DNA of 64,000 nucleotides from Mustelus asterias (GCF_964213995.1 NW_027590136.1:496001-560000), one strand, 5' to 3'. Counted from the first letter of the stretch, positions 24,089 to 36,849 are shown. Numbers and translations are program-made. The notes: a model not told the origin generated them from the sequence alone.

Positions 24089-25091
24089 GTTTGAGTCTGT
24101 GGTGAAGTTTGAGTCTGTGTGTGAAGTTTGAGTCTGTGTGTGAAGTTCGAGTCTGTGTGTGAAGTTTGAGACTGTGTGTGAAGTTTGAGTCTGTGTGTGA
24201 AGTTTGAGTCTGTGGTGAAGTTTGAGTCTGTGTGTGAAGTTTGAGTCTGTGTGTGAAGTTCGAGTCTGTGTGTGAAGTTTGAGACTGTGGTGAAGTTTGA
24301 GTCTGTGTGTGAAGTTTGAGTCTGTGTGTGAAGTTTGAGTCTATGGTGAAGTTTGAGTCTGTGTGTGAAGTTTGAGTCTGTGGTGAAGTTTGAGTCTGTG
24401 TGAAGTTTGAGTCTGTGGTGAAGTTTGAGTCTGTGTGTGAAGTTTGAGTCTGTGTGTGAAGTTCGAGTCTGTGTGTGAAGTTTGAGACTGTGTGTGAAGT
24501 TTGAGTCTGTGTGTGAAGTTTGAGTCTGTGGTGAAGTTTGAGTCTGTGTGTGAAGTTTGAGTCTGTGGTGAAGTTTGAGTCTGTGTGTGAAGTTTGAGTC
24601 TGTGGTGAAGTTTGAGTCTGTGTGTGAAGTTTGAGTCTGTGTGTGAAGTTTGAGTCTATGGTGAAGTTTGAGTCTGTGTGTGAAGTTTGAGTCTGTGGTG
24701 AAGTTTGAGTCTGTGTGAAGTTTGAGTCTGTGGTGAAGTTTGAGTCTGTGTGTGAAGTTTGAGTCTGTGTGTGAAGTTTGAGACTGTGTGTGAAGTTTGA
24801 GACTGTGTGTGAAGTTTGAGTCTGTGGTGAAGTTTGAGTCTGTGTGTGAAGTTTGAGTCTGTGGTGAAGTTTGAGTCTGTGGTGAAGTTTGAGTCTGTGG
24901 TGAAGTTGGAGTCTGTGTGTGAAGTTTGAGTCTGTGGTGAAGTTTGAGTCTGTGTGTGAAGTTTGAGTCTGTGGTGAAGTTGGAGTCTGTGTGTGAAGTT
25001 TGAGTCTGTGTGTGAAGTTTGAGTCTGTGGTGAAGTTTGAGTCTGTGTGTGAAGTTTGAGTCTGTGTGTGAAGTTTGAGTCTGTGGTGAAG
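24089..25091. repeat. Minisatellite, 17-19 bp unit GTTTGAGTCTGTG(T)GTGAA, roughly 54 copies
   Basis: Direct inspection; interspersed 19, 18 and 17 bp variants, no unique spacers. Confidence 0.97.
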
Positions 25092-25189
25092 CTACAAACA
25101 GAAGCTGTTCTGTTTCAAATCAAACTGCGGGACTTGGAAGAAAATGATGGGAAGAGATTTTGGAAAGTCCCCTCCCCCACTCCCTCAGC

Positions 25190-25655
25190 TGGCAGCCCAG
25201 CGCGCAGGCGCAGAGAGCGCTGCTGAGCCGAGCTGTCCGGAGCAGGCGCAGAGAGCGCTGCTGAGCCGAGCTGTCCGGAGCAGGTGCAGAGAGCGCTGCT
25301 GAGCCGAGCTGTCCGGAGCAGGCGCAGTGCGGCTGCCGCCAGCGGTCGCTCTCGATCTCTTTTTGGAGCCGCAGGAGAGAGAGGGGGGAGGGGGAGATCA
25401 CCGACCGGCTTCTCGCTCTGGCCGGAGCCGTCAGCCGGTTGCCTGGAAACCTTGGCTCGAGGAGGTGCAGAGGGAGGGGGAACAATGGGTGGGGGCGGGG
25501 CTCCCGTGTTCGTGCGCCCGGGTCCGCGCGCGCTTTGTCCCATTGTCTGAATGCAGAGTTCAGCTGCTCATTCCTGCCCAGCAAAGCTGCTGCTCTCTCT
25601 CTGAATGAAGATTGAGCTGCACACAGACTCAAACTTCCTCCTGTCTCCAACATCT
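25190..25655 (+). promoter_or_regulatory. CpG island and putative first exon of the 27429 ZNF gene
   Basis: High CpG density, GC box at ~25490, donor CATCT|GTGAGT at 25655/25656, acceptor TTTTACAG| at 27188. Confidence 0.55.
25204..25327. repeat. 38-bp GC-rich tandem repeat x3.3 inside a CpG island
   Basis: GCAGGCGCAGAGAGCGCTGCTGAGCCGAGCTGTCCGGA at 25204, 25242, 25280. Confidence 0.92.
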
Positions 25656-26081
25656 GTGAGTAAAACACTTTCTTCTCTCCTCCTTTCCATTTCTTTTCTC
25701 ATTCTGGGGGAAATTGGGGACTTGCAGCAACTGAAGGGAAAGGAAGTGAATCCAGGGAGGCTGCAGACTCTGGAAAGGTTGGCCCAGGTCTCTCTCTCTG
25801 AAAGACATTGACATCCTTTGCTCCCTCAACTTGACACATTGATTTGTCGGCCAAAAGGATGGTCTCTTTCCTAATGTTCACAATTCGAGGGCTGGTTTCC
25901 CCAGAAAATGGCAGACCTTTAAGGGGACAGTAAATAGGACAGAGATATACCTAGTGTTGTTGTGGTACATATTAGACATTATTTATGGTTCTGTAATAAT
26001 TATTTACTATTAATTCTACATTTTAATATGTACTGTATATCTTTACAGTCCTCGCGATATAGAGGAGATCATTCAGCAACA

Positions 26082-26418
26082 CGGCGGCACGGTAGCACAG
26101 TGGTTAGCACTGCTGCTTCACAGCTCCAGGGTCCCGGGTTCGATTCCCGGCTCGGGTCACTGTCTGTGGAGTTTGCACATTCTCCTCGTGTCTGCGTGGG
26201 TTTCCTCCGGATGCTCCGGTTTCCTCCCACAGTCCAAAGATGTGCGGGTTAGGTTGATTGGCCAGGTTAAAAATTGCCCCTTAGAGTCCTGAGATGCGTA
26301 GGTTAGTGGGATTAGCGGGTAAATATGCGGGGGTAGGGCCTGGGTGGGATTGTGGTCGGTGCAGACTCGATGGGCCGAATGGCCTCCTTCTGCACTGTAG
26401 GGTTTCTATGATTCTATG
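26082..26418 (+). mobile_element. HE1-like V-SINE, full length
   Basis: A/B boxes, V-domain, (TTCTATGA)2 tail. Confidence 0.85.
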
Positions 26419-26829
26419 AACTCCAGTCCTTACCAATGCTTTGTCGAGCAATCTAGTCAGCTCTATTCCTCCCCATATAACTGTACTTCTGTAAGTTCAT
26501 TTACTTCAAGTACTCATCCAATTTCATTTTGAAATAATTTGTCACTGCTTCCACGATCCTCATAGGCAGAGATGCAGATTAAGATTACTCACTGTCTGGA
26601 TAATTTTCTTCCTCACATCCCCTGCCACTGTGCTGCTAATTAAGAAATAGAGTATGGCATATCACACATTTGTCATTCAGGTTTATACACGTGATATTAA
26701 ATATATATTCCAGCAGACTGCATATTGAGGTTTTCAGGTTTCTTTGAAGCTGTTGAATTGCTCCTTCACTAAAATTGTTTGGCTGAATATTTAGTACAGC
26801 AGAGTGAGAATAGAGAGAATGTGTCATGC

Positions 26830-27070
26830 AGCACGGTGGCACAGTGGTTGGCACTGCTGCCTCTCAGCTCCAGGGACTTGGATTCGATTCTCGGCTTGGG
26901 TCATTGTGCAGAGTTTGTCTATTCTCCCCGTGTCTGCCTGGATTAGAGGGATTAGCAGGGTAAATATGTGGGGTAATTGGGATAGGGCCTGGGTGGGATG
27001 GTTGTCAGTGCAGACTCGATGGGCCAAATGGCCTCCTCCTGCACTGCAGCGATTCTGTGGTTTCTATGAT
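26830..27070 (+). mobile_element. HE1-like V-SINE with internal deletion
   Basis: Head and tail present, part of the V-domain missing. Confidence 0.65.
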
Positions 27071-27428
27071 CAGGGTCGATTTTTGTTTAGGAACGATAGA
27101 GGAAAGGTGGTTCCATTGGCACTAGAAGTTTTGCTTTTGAATTTCTATCCTGCCCGACAGTGATTACTTTCATGAACTCCTTTTACAGGGTATTAGAAGG
27201 GGAATATTTGCAGACAGAAATCCCAGACAGTGTAACTGGAAAAGCACCGACACACACACCCGAGTGAGAGTGTTCCCTTGAACTGACTATGGAAAGAGCT
27301 TTAACTAGTTACACAGCCTGAAAACACATCACACCATTCACAGGAAGGAGAAACTGTACATACGTTTTATGTCTGTATGAGGCTTCAAATGATCATCCAA
27401 CCTGGAGAGACACAAGGACACCTGCGCC

Positions 27429-28688
27429 ATGGAGAAACCATGGAAATGTGGGGACTGTGGGAAGAGATTCAGATCTCCATCAGAGCTGGAGATTCATCGA
27501 CGCAGCCACACTGGAGAGAGGCCGTTCACCTGCTTAGAGTGTGGGAAGGGGTTCAGTAATTCATCCAACTTATTCAAACACAAACGAGTTCACACTGGGG
27601 AGAGACCATTCACTTGTTCTGACTGTAGGAAGGGATTCAGATCCCTATCAGAGCTCGACATTCATCGACGCATTCACACTGGAGAGAGGCCGTTCACCTG
27701 CATCGAGTGTGGGAAGAGATTCACTCATTCATCCAACCTCCTGACACACAAGCGGGTTCACACCGGAGAGAGACCGTTCTCCTGCTCTGTGTGTGGGGAG
27801 GGATTCAGTGATTCATCCACCCTGCGGAAACACCAGAGAGTTCACACTGGAGAGAGGCCGTTCACCTGCTCTGACTGTGGGAAGGGATTCACTCGGTTGT
27901 CCAACCTGCAGACACACCAGCAAGTTCACACTGGGGAGAGTCTGTTCACCTGCTCAGAGTGTGGGAAGGGATTCAGCAATTCATTCAACTTGTTGATACA
28001 CCAGCGAGTTCACACTGGGGAGAGGCCATTCACTTGCACCGTCTGTGGAAAGCGATTTACTCATCCATCCTCCCTGCGGACACATCAGCGAGTTCACACT
28101 GGGGAGAGGCCATTTACTTGCACAGTGTGTGGGAAGCGATTCACTCAGTCAGCCAGCCTGCGGGCACACCATGTCACTCACACCGATGAGAGACCCTTCA
28201 AATGCTCAGCCTGCGAGAGCAGCTTCAAAATAGCTGCTGATCTGAGGGTCCATCAGCGAATTCACACTGAGGAGAGACCCTTCAGCTGCTCTCACTGTGG
28301 AAAGAAATTTCGAACATCATCCAGCCTTCGGACACACCAAAGAATTCACACTGGGGAGAGGCCATTCACCTGCTCTCAGTGTGGGAAGAGATTTAATGAT
28401 TCATCCACCTTGCTCACCCACCAGCGAGGCCACACCGGGGAGAGGCCATTCACCTCTCAGTGTGGGAAGGGATTCACTCGGTCATCCCACCTGCTGACAC
28501 ACCAGCAGACTCACACTGGAGAGAGTCTGTTCACCTGCTCTCAGTGTGGGAAGGGATTCAGTAATTCATTCAACTTGCAAACACACCAGCGAGTTCATAC
28601 GGGGGAGAGACCATTCACCTGCTCTGAGTGTGGGAAGAGATTCATTCAGTCTTCCCACCTGCAGACACACCAGCGAGTTCACAAGTGA
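27429..28688 (+). CDS. C2H2 zinc-finger protein, 15 finger units (finger 13 lacks first Cys), 419 aa
   Basis: Intact [13 protein letters not shown]...HQRVHK*; in-frame 3-nt deletion giving PFTSQC. Confidence 0.92.
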   Translation: MEKPWKCGDCGKRFRSPSELEIHRRSHTGERPFTCLECGKGFSNSSNLFKHKRVHTGERPFTCSDCRKGFRSLSELDIHRRIHTGERPFTCIECGKRFTHSSNLLTHKRVHTGERPFSCSVCGEGFSDSSTLRKHQRVHTGERPFTCSDCGKGFTRLSNLQTHQQVHTGESLFTCSECGKGFSNSFNLLIHQRVHTGERPFTCTVCGKRFTHPSSLRTHQRVHTGERPFTCTVCGKRFTQSASLRAHHVTHTDERPFKCSACESSFKIAADLRVHQRIHTEERPFSCSHCGKKFRTSSSLRTHQRIHTGERPFTCSQCGKRFNDSSTLLTHQRGHTGERPFTSQCGKGFTRSSHLLTHQQTHTGESLFTCSQCGKGFSNSFNLQTHQRVHTGERPFTCSECGKRFIQSSHLQTHQRVHK

Positions 28689-29779
28689 TTATGGGGGTTG
28701 GATTCTGCTGTTTCTGCTGTTAATCACATCCAGGACTGAACCATGTTCATTCTGACAGTTGGTAAAGTGGGAGGGTTTCTCCGGCCAGTCTCAGAACTTT
28801 GCTTCCAGGGGGCTGATGCTCTTTGAGCCTGGGAGTGAACATTTCTACTGAATTTATCCGCAATAGCTTATGAAGTACATTTATTTTATCCTGGATAGCA
28901 AATACTGTTCTTCCCACCACAACAGGTAGATCTGAAATAAATACATTAGTCTCTGTTTCATTGAGCCGACAGCACAGGGCCAGGTCAGTCGGCCCAATTG
29001 GTCTGTGTCAGTATTTATGCTCCACATGATCCTCCACCCACCCCTCTTCATCTCCCCCCATCAGCATATCCTTCTATTCCTCTCTCCCTCATGTATGTAT
29101 CTAGCTTCCCCTTCAATGTATTCATGCTGTTCACCTCAACCACTCGCTGTGGTAGTGAGTCCCACATTCTCACCACTCGCTGTGGTAGTGAGTCCCACAT
29201 TCTCACCACTCGCTGGGTAAAGAGGTTTCTCATTAAATCCCTATTGGATTATTGAACTGCTTTATAATCTTTAAGACCTTTCATCAGGTCACCCATCATT
29301 TTCTTTTGAATGAAAAGCAGCCCTGGCCTTTCCTGAAGGTTAAAGGTTCTCAGTTCTTCAATATCACAGAACAGTATTGACGGGCTGGTCAGATCTGTGG
29401 CAAATGTCCAAAGATGTGTGGGTTAGGTTGATGGGCTATGCTAAATTAACCCTAGTGTCAGGGGGATTAGCAGGGTAAATATGTTGAGTTATGGGAATAG
29501 GGCCTGGGTGGGATTGTGGTTGGTGTAGATTCCTGCGCTGTAGGGATTCTATGAAATGGAATTTAACCCTGAAAACTGTGAAGTGATGCATCTATTCATT
29601 AAATGTTACTTTATTAACTACCTACTAGTCAGTAACAGATGACTGAATAAGTGGTGAGCCTTAATTGAACTGCAATGAATGAATCAATAAATCTGTTATA
29701 TTACAGACTGAGTTTTATTTGCTGTAAAAGTGTAATACTTTAATGACTGTGGATGTAAATGTGCAATGAAGATAAAGAT

Positions 29780-30660
29780 GGAGTTGTATCCAACACAAAG
29801 AAAGATAGTTGTTGTTGGAGATCAGTCATCTCAGCTCCAGGATATCACTGCAGGAGATCCTCAGGTTACTATCCCAGGCCCAACCATCTTTAACTGCTTC
29901 ATTAATGACCTTCCCTCCATCATAAGGTCAGAAGTGGGGATGTTTGCTGATGATTGCACAATGTTCAGCACCATTCGTAACTCCTCAGATACTGAGGCAG
30001 TGCATCCTCAAATGCAGCAAGACCTGGACAATATCCAGCCTTGGGCTGACAAATGCCAAATAACATTCATGCCACACAAGTGCCAGACAATGACCATCTC
30101 CAACAAAAAAAGTTAAAGTAAAGTTTATTTAATAGTCACAAGTAGGCTTACATTAACACTGCAATGAAGTTACTGTGAAAATCTCCCAGTCGCCACACTC
30201 TGGCACCTGGTCGGGTTACACTGAGGGAGAATTTAACCTGGCCAATGCACCTACTAAGCATGTCTTTGGACTATGGAAGGAAACCGGAGCACCTGAAGGA
30301 AACCCATGCAGACATGGGGCAAATGTGCAAACTCCACACAGTGACCCAAGCTGGGAATTGAACCTGGGTCCCTGGTGCTGTGAGGCCGCAGTGCTAACCA
30401 CTGTGCCACCGTGCCGCCCTCAAGAAAGAATGTAAGCATTCTCCCTGCCATTCAATGGCTTTCCATTGCTGAAACCCCCACTATCAACATCCTAGAGGTT
30501 AAGGTTGATCAGAAACTGAATTGGACTAGCCACCTAAATACAGTGGCTGCAAGAGCAGGTCAGAGGCTGGGAATTCTGTGGCTAGTAATTCAACTCCTGA
30601 CCGCCTCCCCCCCCCCCCCCCCCCCCCAACCAACAAAAGCCTGTCCACCACCTACAGGGC
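29780..30660 (+). mobile_element. CR1/L2-like LINE RT fragment interrupted by a SINE
   Basis: PGPTIFNCFINDLP...MFADDCT; resumes after 30420 with DQKLNWTSHLNTVA. Confidence 0.75.
30112..30419 (-). mobile_element. V-SINE with alternative tail
   Basis: HE1-type head and V-domain; tail ...GTAAGCCTACTTGTGACTATTAAATAAACTTTACTTT. Confidence 0.75.
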
Positions 30661-30967
30661 ACAAGATAGGGCCTGGGTGGGATTGTGGTCTGTGCAGTCA
30701 ATGGGCCGAATGGCCTCATTCTGCACCGTCGGGATTCTATGATTCCTAACGCCCGGTCACTCTGTGATCCTTGTGAAATTTAAAACCAGGTATTCACAAC
30801 AAGACTCAGAGGGTATCAGCCCACTGGAGGCAAAGTCATGAGACCGGCCAATCAAGCAAAAAGAAACCCTCTGACCCTCCCCATTGACCAACTGTGAGAA
30901 TGAACAAAATGCAGTCCTGGATGTAATTGAGAGCAGAAACAATAACAGCAAAATCCAACCCCGAATA

Positions 30968-31506
30968 TCATTCATGAATGTGTTGGTGTCTCAGCAGGGC
31001 AAATGAAGCTCTGAATCCCTTCCCACACTGAGAGCAGGTGAATGGTCTCTCCCCAGTGTGAACTCGCTGGTGTGTCTGCAGGTTGGATAACTGACTGAAT
31101 CCCTCCCCACACTGCGAGCAGGTTGTGAATACCTGGTTTTAAATTTCACAAGGATCACAGAGTGACCGGGCGTTAGGAATCATAGAATCCCGACGGTGCA
31201 GAAGGAGGCCATTCGGCCCATTGACTGCACAGACCACAATCCCACCCAGGCCCTATCCCCATAACCCTGCGCATTTACCTTAGCTGGTCCCCCTGACACT
31301 AAGGTGCAATTTATCATGGCCAATCCACCTAACCTGGTTTCTCCCCCGTGTGAACTCGCTGGTGTCTCTGCAGGTCGGATGAGTGACTGAATCCCTTCTC
31401 ACACACATAGCAGGTGAACAGTCTCTCCCCAGTGTGACTTCGTCGATGAGTTTCCAGATCAGATGGGACTTTGAATCCTTTCCCACAGTCCCCACAGTTT
31501 CTCCAT
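30968..31506 (-). pseudogene. ZNF pseudogene disrupted by a deletion after the ATG and by a SINE-tail/inverted insert
   Basis: ATG at 31506 then frameshift; finger remnants; 31122-31335 foreign insert; family leader (31510-31780) and 3' UTR (30757-30965) present. Confidence 0.85.
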
Positions 31507-32214
31507 GGTGCGGGTGTCCTTGTGACTCTACAAGTTAAACAATCAGTTAAATCTCACACAGAACACAGGTACAGTCTCTCCCGCTGTGAATGCTGTTATA
31601 TTTTTTCAGGCTGTGTAACTGGTGAAAGCTCTTTCCACACTCAGTGCACTGGAACACTCTCACTCGAGGGTGTGTGTGTGTCTTGGTGTTTTTCCAGTCA
31701 CACTGATGTTTAAAATCTTTTGAAGCAGAAAGAACATGGAAACATTTCTCCTTCTAGAGTCAAAGGTCGATAATATTCAGGTCTCGATTATATGATATAT
31801 TATATTATGATTATATTATTCAGATTCTATGATTCCGATTTAAAAACAAATGAACTGTCTGCTGAAAGGGTTAACTTTTCTACAGAACCTAAAGGGGTGG
31901 GGAGTGAGCAGCAAAAACTTGGCACACAATTACATCACTTTACACAAGTTTAAAACAAAACAAATGATTTTAAACTTCATCTATTAATTTTTTTTGTTAT
32001 ATTTCTGAATCTATTTACTTTAATTTGATCAGTTTTTGTTAGGGATGGGTAACTTCTGTTCTTTATAAACTGATTCACCCATTTTGTTAATTCTACATGG
32101 GCTCGGAGAATCAGAACCCAGACTTTATCATCCTTATCCTTTTTCTCCTTTTGCCACCACTCCCTCTGTTTTGCGGGAGGGTCGTGGGGATTCCAATCAG
32201 AACTAATCATTTTA

Positions 32215-32387
32215 TCATAAAATACTGCAGATACTGGAATCTTAAAAATAACAGAAAATGCTGGAAAATCTCAGCAGGTCTGACAGTATCTGTGGAGAGA
32301 GAATAGAGCCAATGTTTCCAGTCTGGATGTCCCTTTATAAGAGCTCTTATGAAGTGTCATCCAGACTCGAAAGATTGGCTCTATTCT
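32215..32387. mobile_element. Penelope-like inverted terminal fragment with 12-bp TSD
   Basis: CTAATCATTTTA at 32203 and 32388; internal palindrome GAGAATAGAGCCAAT...ATTGGCTCTATTCTC; decayed hammerhead motif. Confidence 0.65.
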
Positions 32388-32754
32388 CTAATCATTTTAA
32401 TTGATAAGTTTCTTGTTCTTAGTTTCCAAATGGCAGGTAAGAGACCTGTCCAGTCCCCACTTGAGCTCTGGTTTTTCACTGGCCATGCTTGGGTAAGATT
32501 ATAACCATTAGAATCTACTCTCAGATATCTGCTTTTCAGTCCAGTGCTACTTGGAGTATACCGTCACTTCACCGACTATCAGGTCACAAGTCTCTCACAG
32601 TTCTTATCACAAATTTATGATAAAATAATTTAAACATGCCTGAAAATGCTTCTTAACTTCTTAACCTCCCCCCGTTTGTTGATTCGTCAGACCCCATTTT
32701 TACAGATTCCAGGTTTCTCAGCCGCTGAACACCAGCCGGTCCTGCAATAATCTC

Positions 32755-33062
32755 ATTGAATCTCTATAGTGCAGAAGGAGGCCATTCGGCCCATCAACTC
32801 TGCACCAACCACAATCCCACTGACCCTATCCCCATAATCCCATGCATTTACCCCAGCTAGTCCCCCTGACACTAAGAGGCAACTTAGCATGGCCAATGCA
32901 CCTAATCTGCACTTCTTTGGACTGTGGGAGGAAACCGGAGCACCCTGAGGAAACCTACACAGACATGGGGAGAATGTGCAAACTCCACACAGTGATCTAA
33001 GCTGGAAATCGAACCCCGGTCCCTGGCGCTGTGATGCAGCAGTGGTAACCACTGTGCCACCC
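32755..33062 (-). mobile_element. HE1-like V-SINE
   Basis: Reverse-complement head, V-domain and tail. Confidence 0.8.
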
Positions 33063-33356
33063 CAGTTAATTCTAACTCATTTTGAGTAAATATTCTCACC
33101 AGGTCCTCTGTCAGGGCCCTGCTAAGCAGCTTTAATGGTCCATGATTGCAGAAACTGAGCAGTCACAGGAATGTGGTCAAGATAGTCCAGTCCCACAATG
33201 CCTCACATTCAATCTGCTGTCCTTCAATTATAACAGAATATGTGGCTGTATGTAGCTGCCTCGGCCATGGTCAACCCCAACACTGCCTTCCTGAACTGTT
33301 ACAATGCCTGAGGTGTACGTACACCCACAGTGCTGTTAGGGAGGGATTTCCAGCTA

Positions 33357-35010
33357 CACATTCCAGACTTTCACTAACTGATGGTGGGTTCCAGATTGAT
33401 ATATTCCATTCTACCACACCCAAGGTGAGTTATTCCAATTCCTTTATTGTTCAGGACAATATATTCACAATATCTTTAAAACAGAAATTAAACATTCCCA
33501 TTTGATTTCAGGTATTAACATGTTCTGTGAGTTTGTCCTTCATTGTCGATGTCAGGCTGGGGTTGTTCTCCTTGGAGCAAAGCATGTTGAAGGGAGATTT
33601 GATGGAGGTGGACAAGATTCTGACTGGTTTAGATAAGGTGGACAAAGAAAAGCTGTTCCCATTAGCTGATGGGACAAGGATGAGGGGGGCACAGATTTAT
33701 GGTTTTGGGTCAGAGATGCAAGGGGGGGATGTGAGGAAGAATATTTTGATGCAGCGAATGGTAATGACCTGGAACTTGCTGCCTACGAGGGTGGAGGAAG
33801 TGGAGACATAAACAATTACAAAGGAAATTGGATGGGCGTTTGGGGGTTTCAAACAGAAATAGTGACTCTTAACTTCCTCACACCCTGTCACTCTGATCCG
33901 TGTGAAATTTGAAACCAGGTATTCGCAACAAGACTCAAAGAGCATCAGCCCACTGGAGGCTGAGACCAGCCTGTCCAGCACAAAGAAACCCTCTGACCCT
34001 CCCCATTGACCAACTGTGAGAATGAACAAAATGCAGTCCTGGATGTAACTGAGAGCAGAAACAATAACAGCAGAATCCAACCCCTGGAATCACTCGTGAA
34101 CTCGTTGGTGTCTCAGCAGCTGGGATAAAAGACTGAATCTCTTCTCACACACAGAGCAGGAGAACGGTCTCTCCCCAATGTGAATTCGCTGGTGTGTCAG
34201 CAGGCTGGATGAATCACAGAATCCCTTCCCACACTGAGAGCAGGTGAATGGCCTCTCCCCAGTGTGAAATCGCTGGTGTCTCTGCAGGTGGGATGACTGA
34301 GTGAATCCCTCCCCACACTGAGAGCAGGTGAATGGCCTCTCCCCGGTGTGAACTCGTTGGTGTTTCCGCAGGGTGGATGAACAAGCGAATCCCTCCCCAC
34401 ACTGAGAGCAGGTGAACGGTCTCTCCCCAGTGTGGCTGCGCCGATGAGCTTCCAGCAGAGATGGGGCTCTGTATATCTTGCCACAGTCCGCACATTTCCA
34501 TGGTTTCTCCATGGTGCAGGTGTCCTTGCCTCTGTCTTGGGTGGACAATCAGTTGAAGCCTCGTCCACACACAAAACACGGGTACAGTCTCTCCCCGTTG
34601 TGAATGGTGTGATATTTATTCAGGCTCTGTGACTGGTTAAAGCTCTTTAGTCCGAGCACGAGAACACTCTCACTCGAGTGTGGCCGTGTGTTGGTGCTTT
34701 TCCAGTCACACTGATGTTCAAAATCTTTTCAAATCAACAGACTGGACAATCATTTCTCCTTCTAGATTCAAAGTCCGATGATATTCAGCTCCCAAGGAAT
34801 ATGACTCTGTCAGATCTGACATGACGTTTGAGATTTCGGCCTGTGATTCCTCTTTCAATATCCTGTAAAACAAGTTTACAAAAGTCATCAGTGTCAGTAC
34901 AGGATAGAAATTCAGAACAGACAATTCTAGTTTCTATGGAACCTTCTTTCCTATTTCAGTCCCAAAAAGCTGTAAATCTCCATCCCACACACTCTCCCTC
35001 CATTCTCACT
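33357..35010 (-). repeat. Inverted duplicate of the 4800-6610 ZNF unit
   Basis: Shared intron end, leader, first finger (RAPSLLEAH), 3' UTR and the same embedded LINE fragment. Confidence 0.85.
34090..34512 (-). CDS. C2H2 zinc-finger protein, 5 fingers, 140 aa
   Basis: [10 protein letters not shown]...HQRVHE*; acceptor TTTTACAG|GATATT at ~34863. Confidence 0.85.
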   Translation of the reverse strand: MEKPWKCADCGKIYRAPSLLEAHRRSHTGERPFTCSQCGEGFACSSTLRKHQRVHTGERPFTCSQCGEGFTQSSHLQRHQRFHTGERPFTCSQCGKGFCDSSSLLTHQRIHIGERPFSCSVCEKRFSLLSQLLRHQRVHE

Positions 35011-36189
35011 CTGCTGTATCTAATATTCACCCTCCCAATTCTCCTGAAGGTGCTGATTGAGGCTGATTGACAGATCCATGCTCACTGCTTCCTGTCCTGG
35101 ACACAGAGACCATAACAAATAGGAGCTGCAGTCGGCCATTTGGCCCATCGAGCCTTTTAAACTATTCAATGAGATAATTCGTTCATCTACCTCAGCATCA
35201 TTCTCCCCACACTAAACCCATATCCCTTGATATCCTCAATATCTAGAAACCAATCAATCTCTCTCTTGAAAATAGTTGATGACTGAGGCTTCACCGTCCT
35301 CATGGGTTGAGAATCCCAAAGCTTCACCACATCCTTGAGTGAAGAAATCCCCCCACATCTTAGCTTTTGCTCCATCTTCTTGTCTGTTCCCCATAACTCT
35401 TGACACCCTTGTCAGTCAAAGATCTGTCTAACTGGAATATATTCAATGATCCTCATCCTCCACTGGTCCCTGTGGAAGAGAAATCCAAAAGACTAACAAC
35501 CCTCTGAGGGAAGAGTTGTCTGGAAATATATAACGGAGCTACAGTTCCATATTACAAGATATTCAGATCCCAAGGAATATGACTCTGTCGAGATGTGACA
35601 GTTGAGATTTTTGCCTGTGATTCCTCGTTCAATATCCTGCGAAATGAGTTTGCAAAAGTCATCACAGTCAGTATAGGATAGAAATTCAGAGCAGACAATT
35701 CTAGTTTCTATGGAACATTCTTTCCTATTTCATTCCCAAAAAGTTGTAAATCTCCATCCATATCTATGGATTCTATTTAAAAATGAAAGTGGATGGGCAC
35801 TTGAAGGAAATAAACTTTCAGGAGAATGGGGATATAGAGTGGGAATGGGACTGGAAGGTTATACAGAGAGTCAGCATGGACTCGAGTTTCCGAATGGATT
35901 CCTTCTGTGCTGTAATGACTTTATGACTGGAAATATATAACATCGCTACAGCATTATATTACAATGCAAGAAATAATAATAAATGTATTTTTTTACAGAA
36001 ACATAAATAATATATCTAATCTGGGTACCTTATAATAACACGAGACATATCTCCGTCCTATATTAATGTACTGTCCCCTTAAATTTCAGCCATCTCCTGG
36101 TGAAAGCTGCCCTTTAATGTGAACATGAGGAAAAAGACCATCCTTTTAGACAGACAAATAAATGTGTCAAGCTGAGGGAGCAAAGGATG

Positions 36190-36665
36190 TTCACCAGGCT
36201 GATTCAGGGAATCGCGGGACTGATGTAGAGGAGAGATTGACGAGGTTAGGATTGTTTTCGTTGGAGTTCAGATGAATGAGGGGGGAATCTCATAGAGACT
36301 GATAAAATTCTAACAGGTCGAGACAGGATAGATGCAGGGAGGATGTTCCCGATGGAGTCCAGAACCGGGGGTCACAGTCTGAGGGTTCAGGGGAGACTAT
36401 TTAGGACGGAGGTGAGGAGACATTTCTTCACCCAAAGAGTAGTGAGTCTGTGGAATTTATTATCACAGGAAGTAGTTGATGCCAAAACATTGAATGTATT
36501 CAAGAGGAGGCTGGATAAAGCACTTGGGGCGAATGGGATCACAGGTTATGGGGAAAAAGCAGGATTAGGCTATTGAGTTGGATGAATAGCCATGATTGTA
36601 ATGAATGGCGGAGCAGGCTCAAAGGGCCAAATGGCCTCCTCCTGCTCCTATCTTCTATGTTTCTA
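36190..36665 (+). mobile_element. CR1-like LINE 3' end
   Basis: SRTGGHSL...FFTQRVVSLWNLL, TTCTATG tail; interrupts sequence that is contiguous at ~25800. Confidence 0.8.
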
Positions 36666-36849
36666 TATCAATGTCTTTAAGAGAGAGAAAGAGAGAGACC
36701 TGGGCCAACCTTTTCAGAGTCTGCAGCCTCCCTGGATTCACTTCCTTTCCCTTCAGTTGCTGCAAGTCCCCAATTTCCCCCAGAATGAGAAAAGAAATGG
36801 AAAGGGGAGAAAAGAAAGTGTTTTACCCACAGATGTTGGCCTCTTTTAG

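Noticed and set aside
24089-25091. CRISPR-like array
   Set aside because: Contiguous tandem units without unique spacers, in vertebrate DNA with no cas genes
25115-25668. Pro/Ala/Arg-rich ORFs in CpG islands (also 45716-46276, 49239-49730)
   Set aside because: Stop-poor GC-rich promoter and tandem-repeat sequence with no domain signature
27541-28755. Shadow ORFs such as MGRDS../MWEGI.. over ZNF arrays (also at other ZNF genes)
   Set aside because: Alternative frames of the repetitive finger codons
29140-29215. 33-bp tandem duplication (and a 20-bp one at ~55800)
   Set aside because: Ordinary slippage duplications inside old repeat fragments
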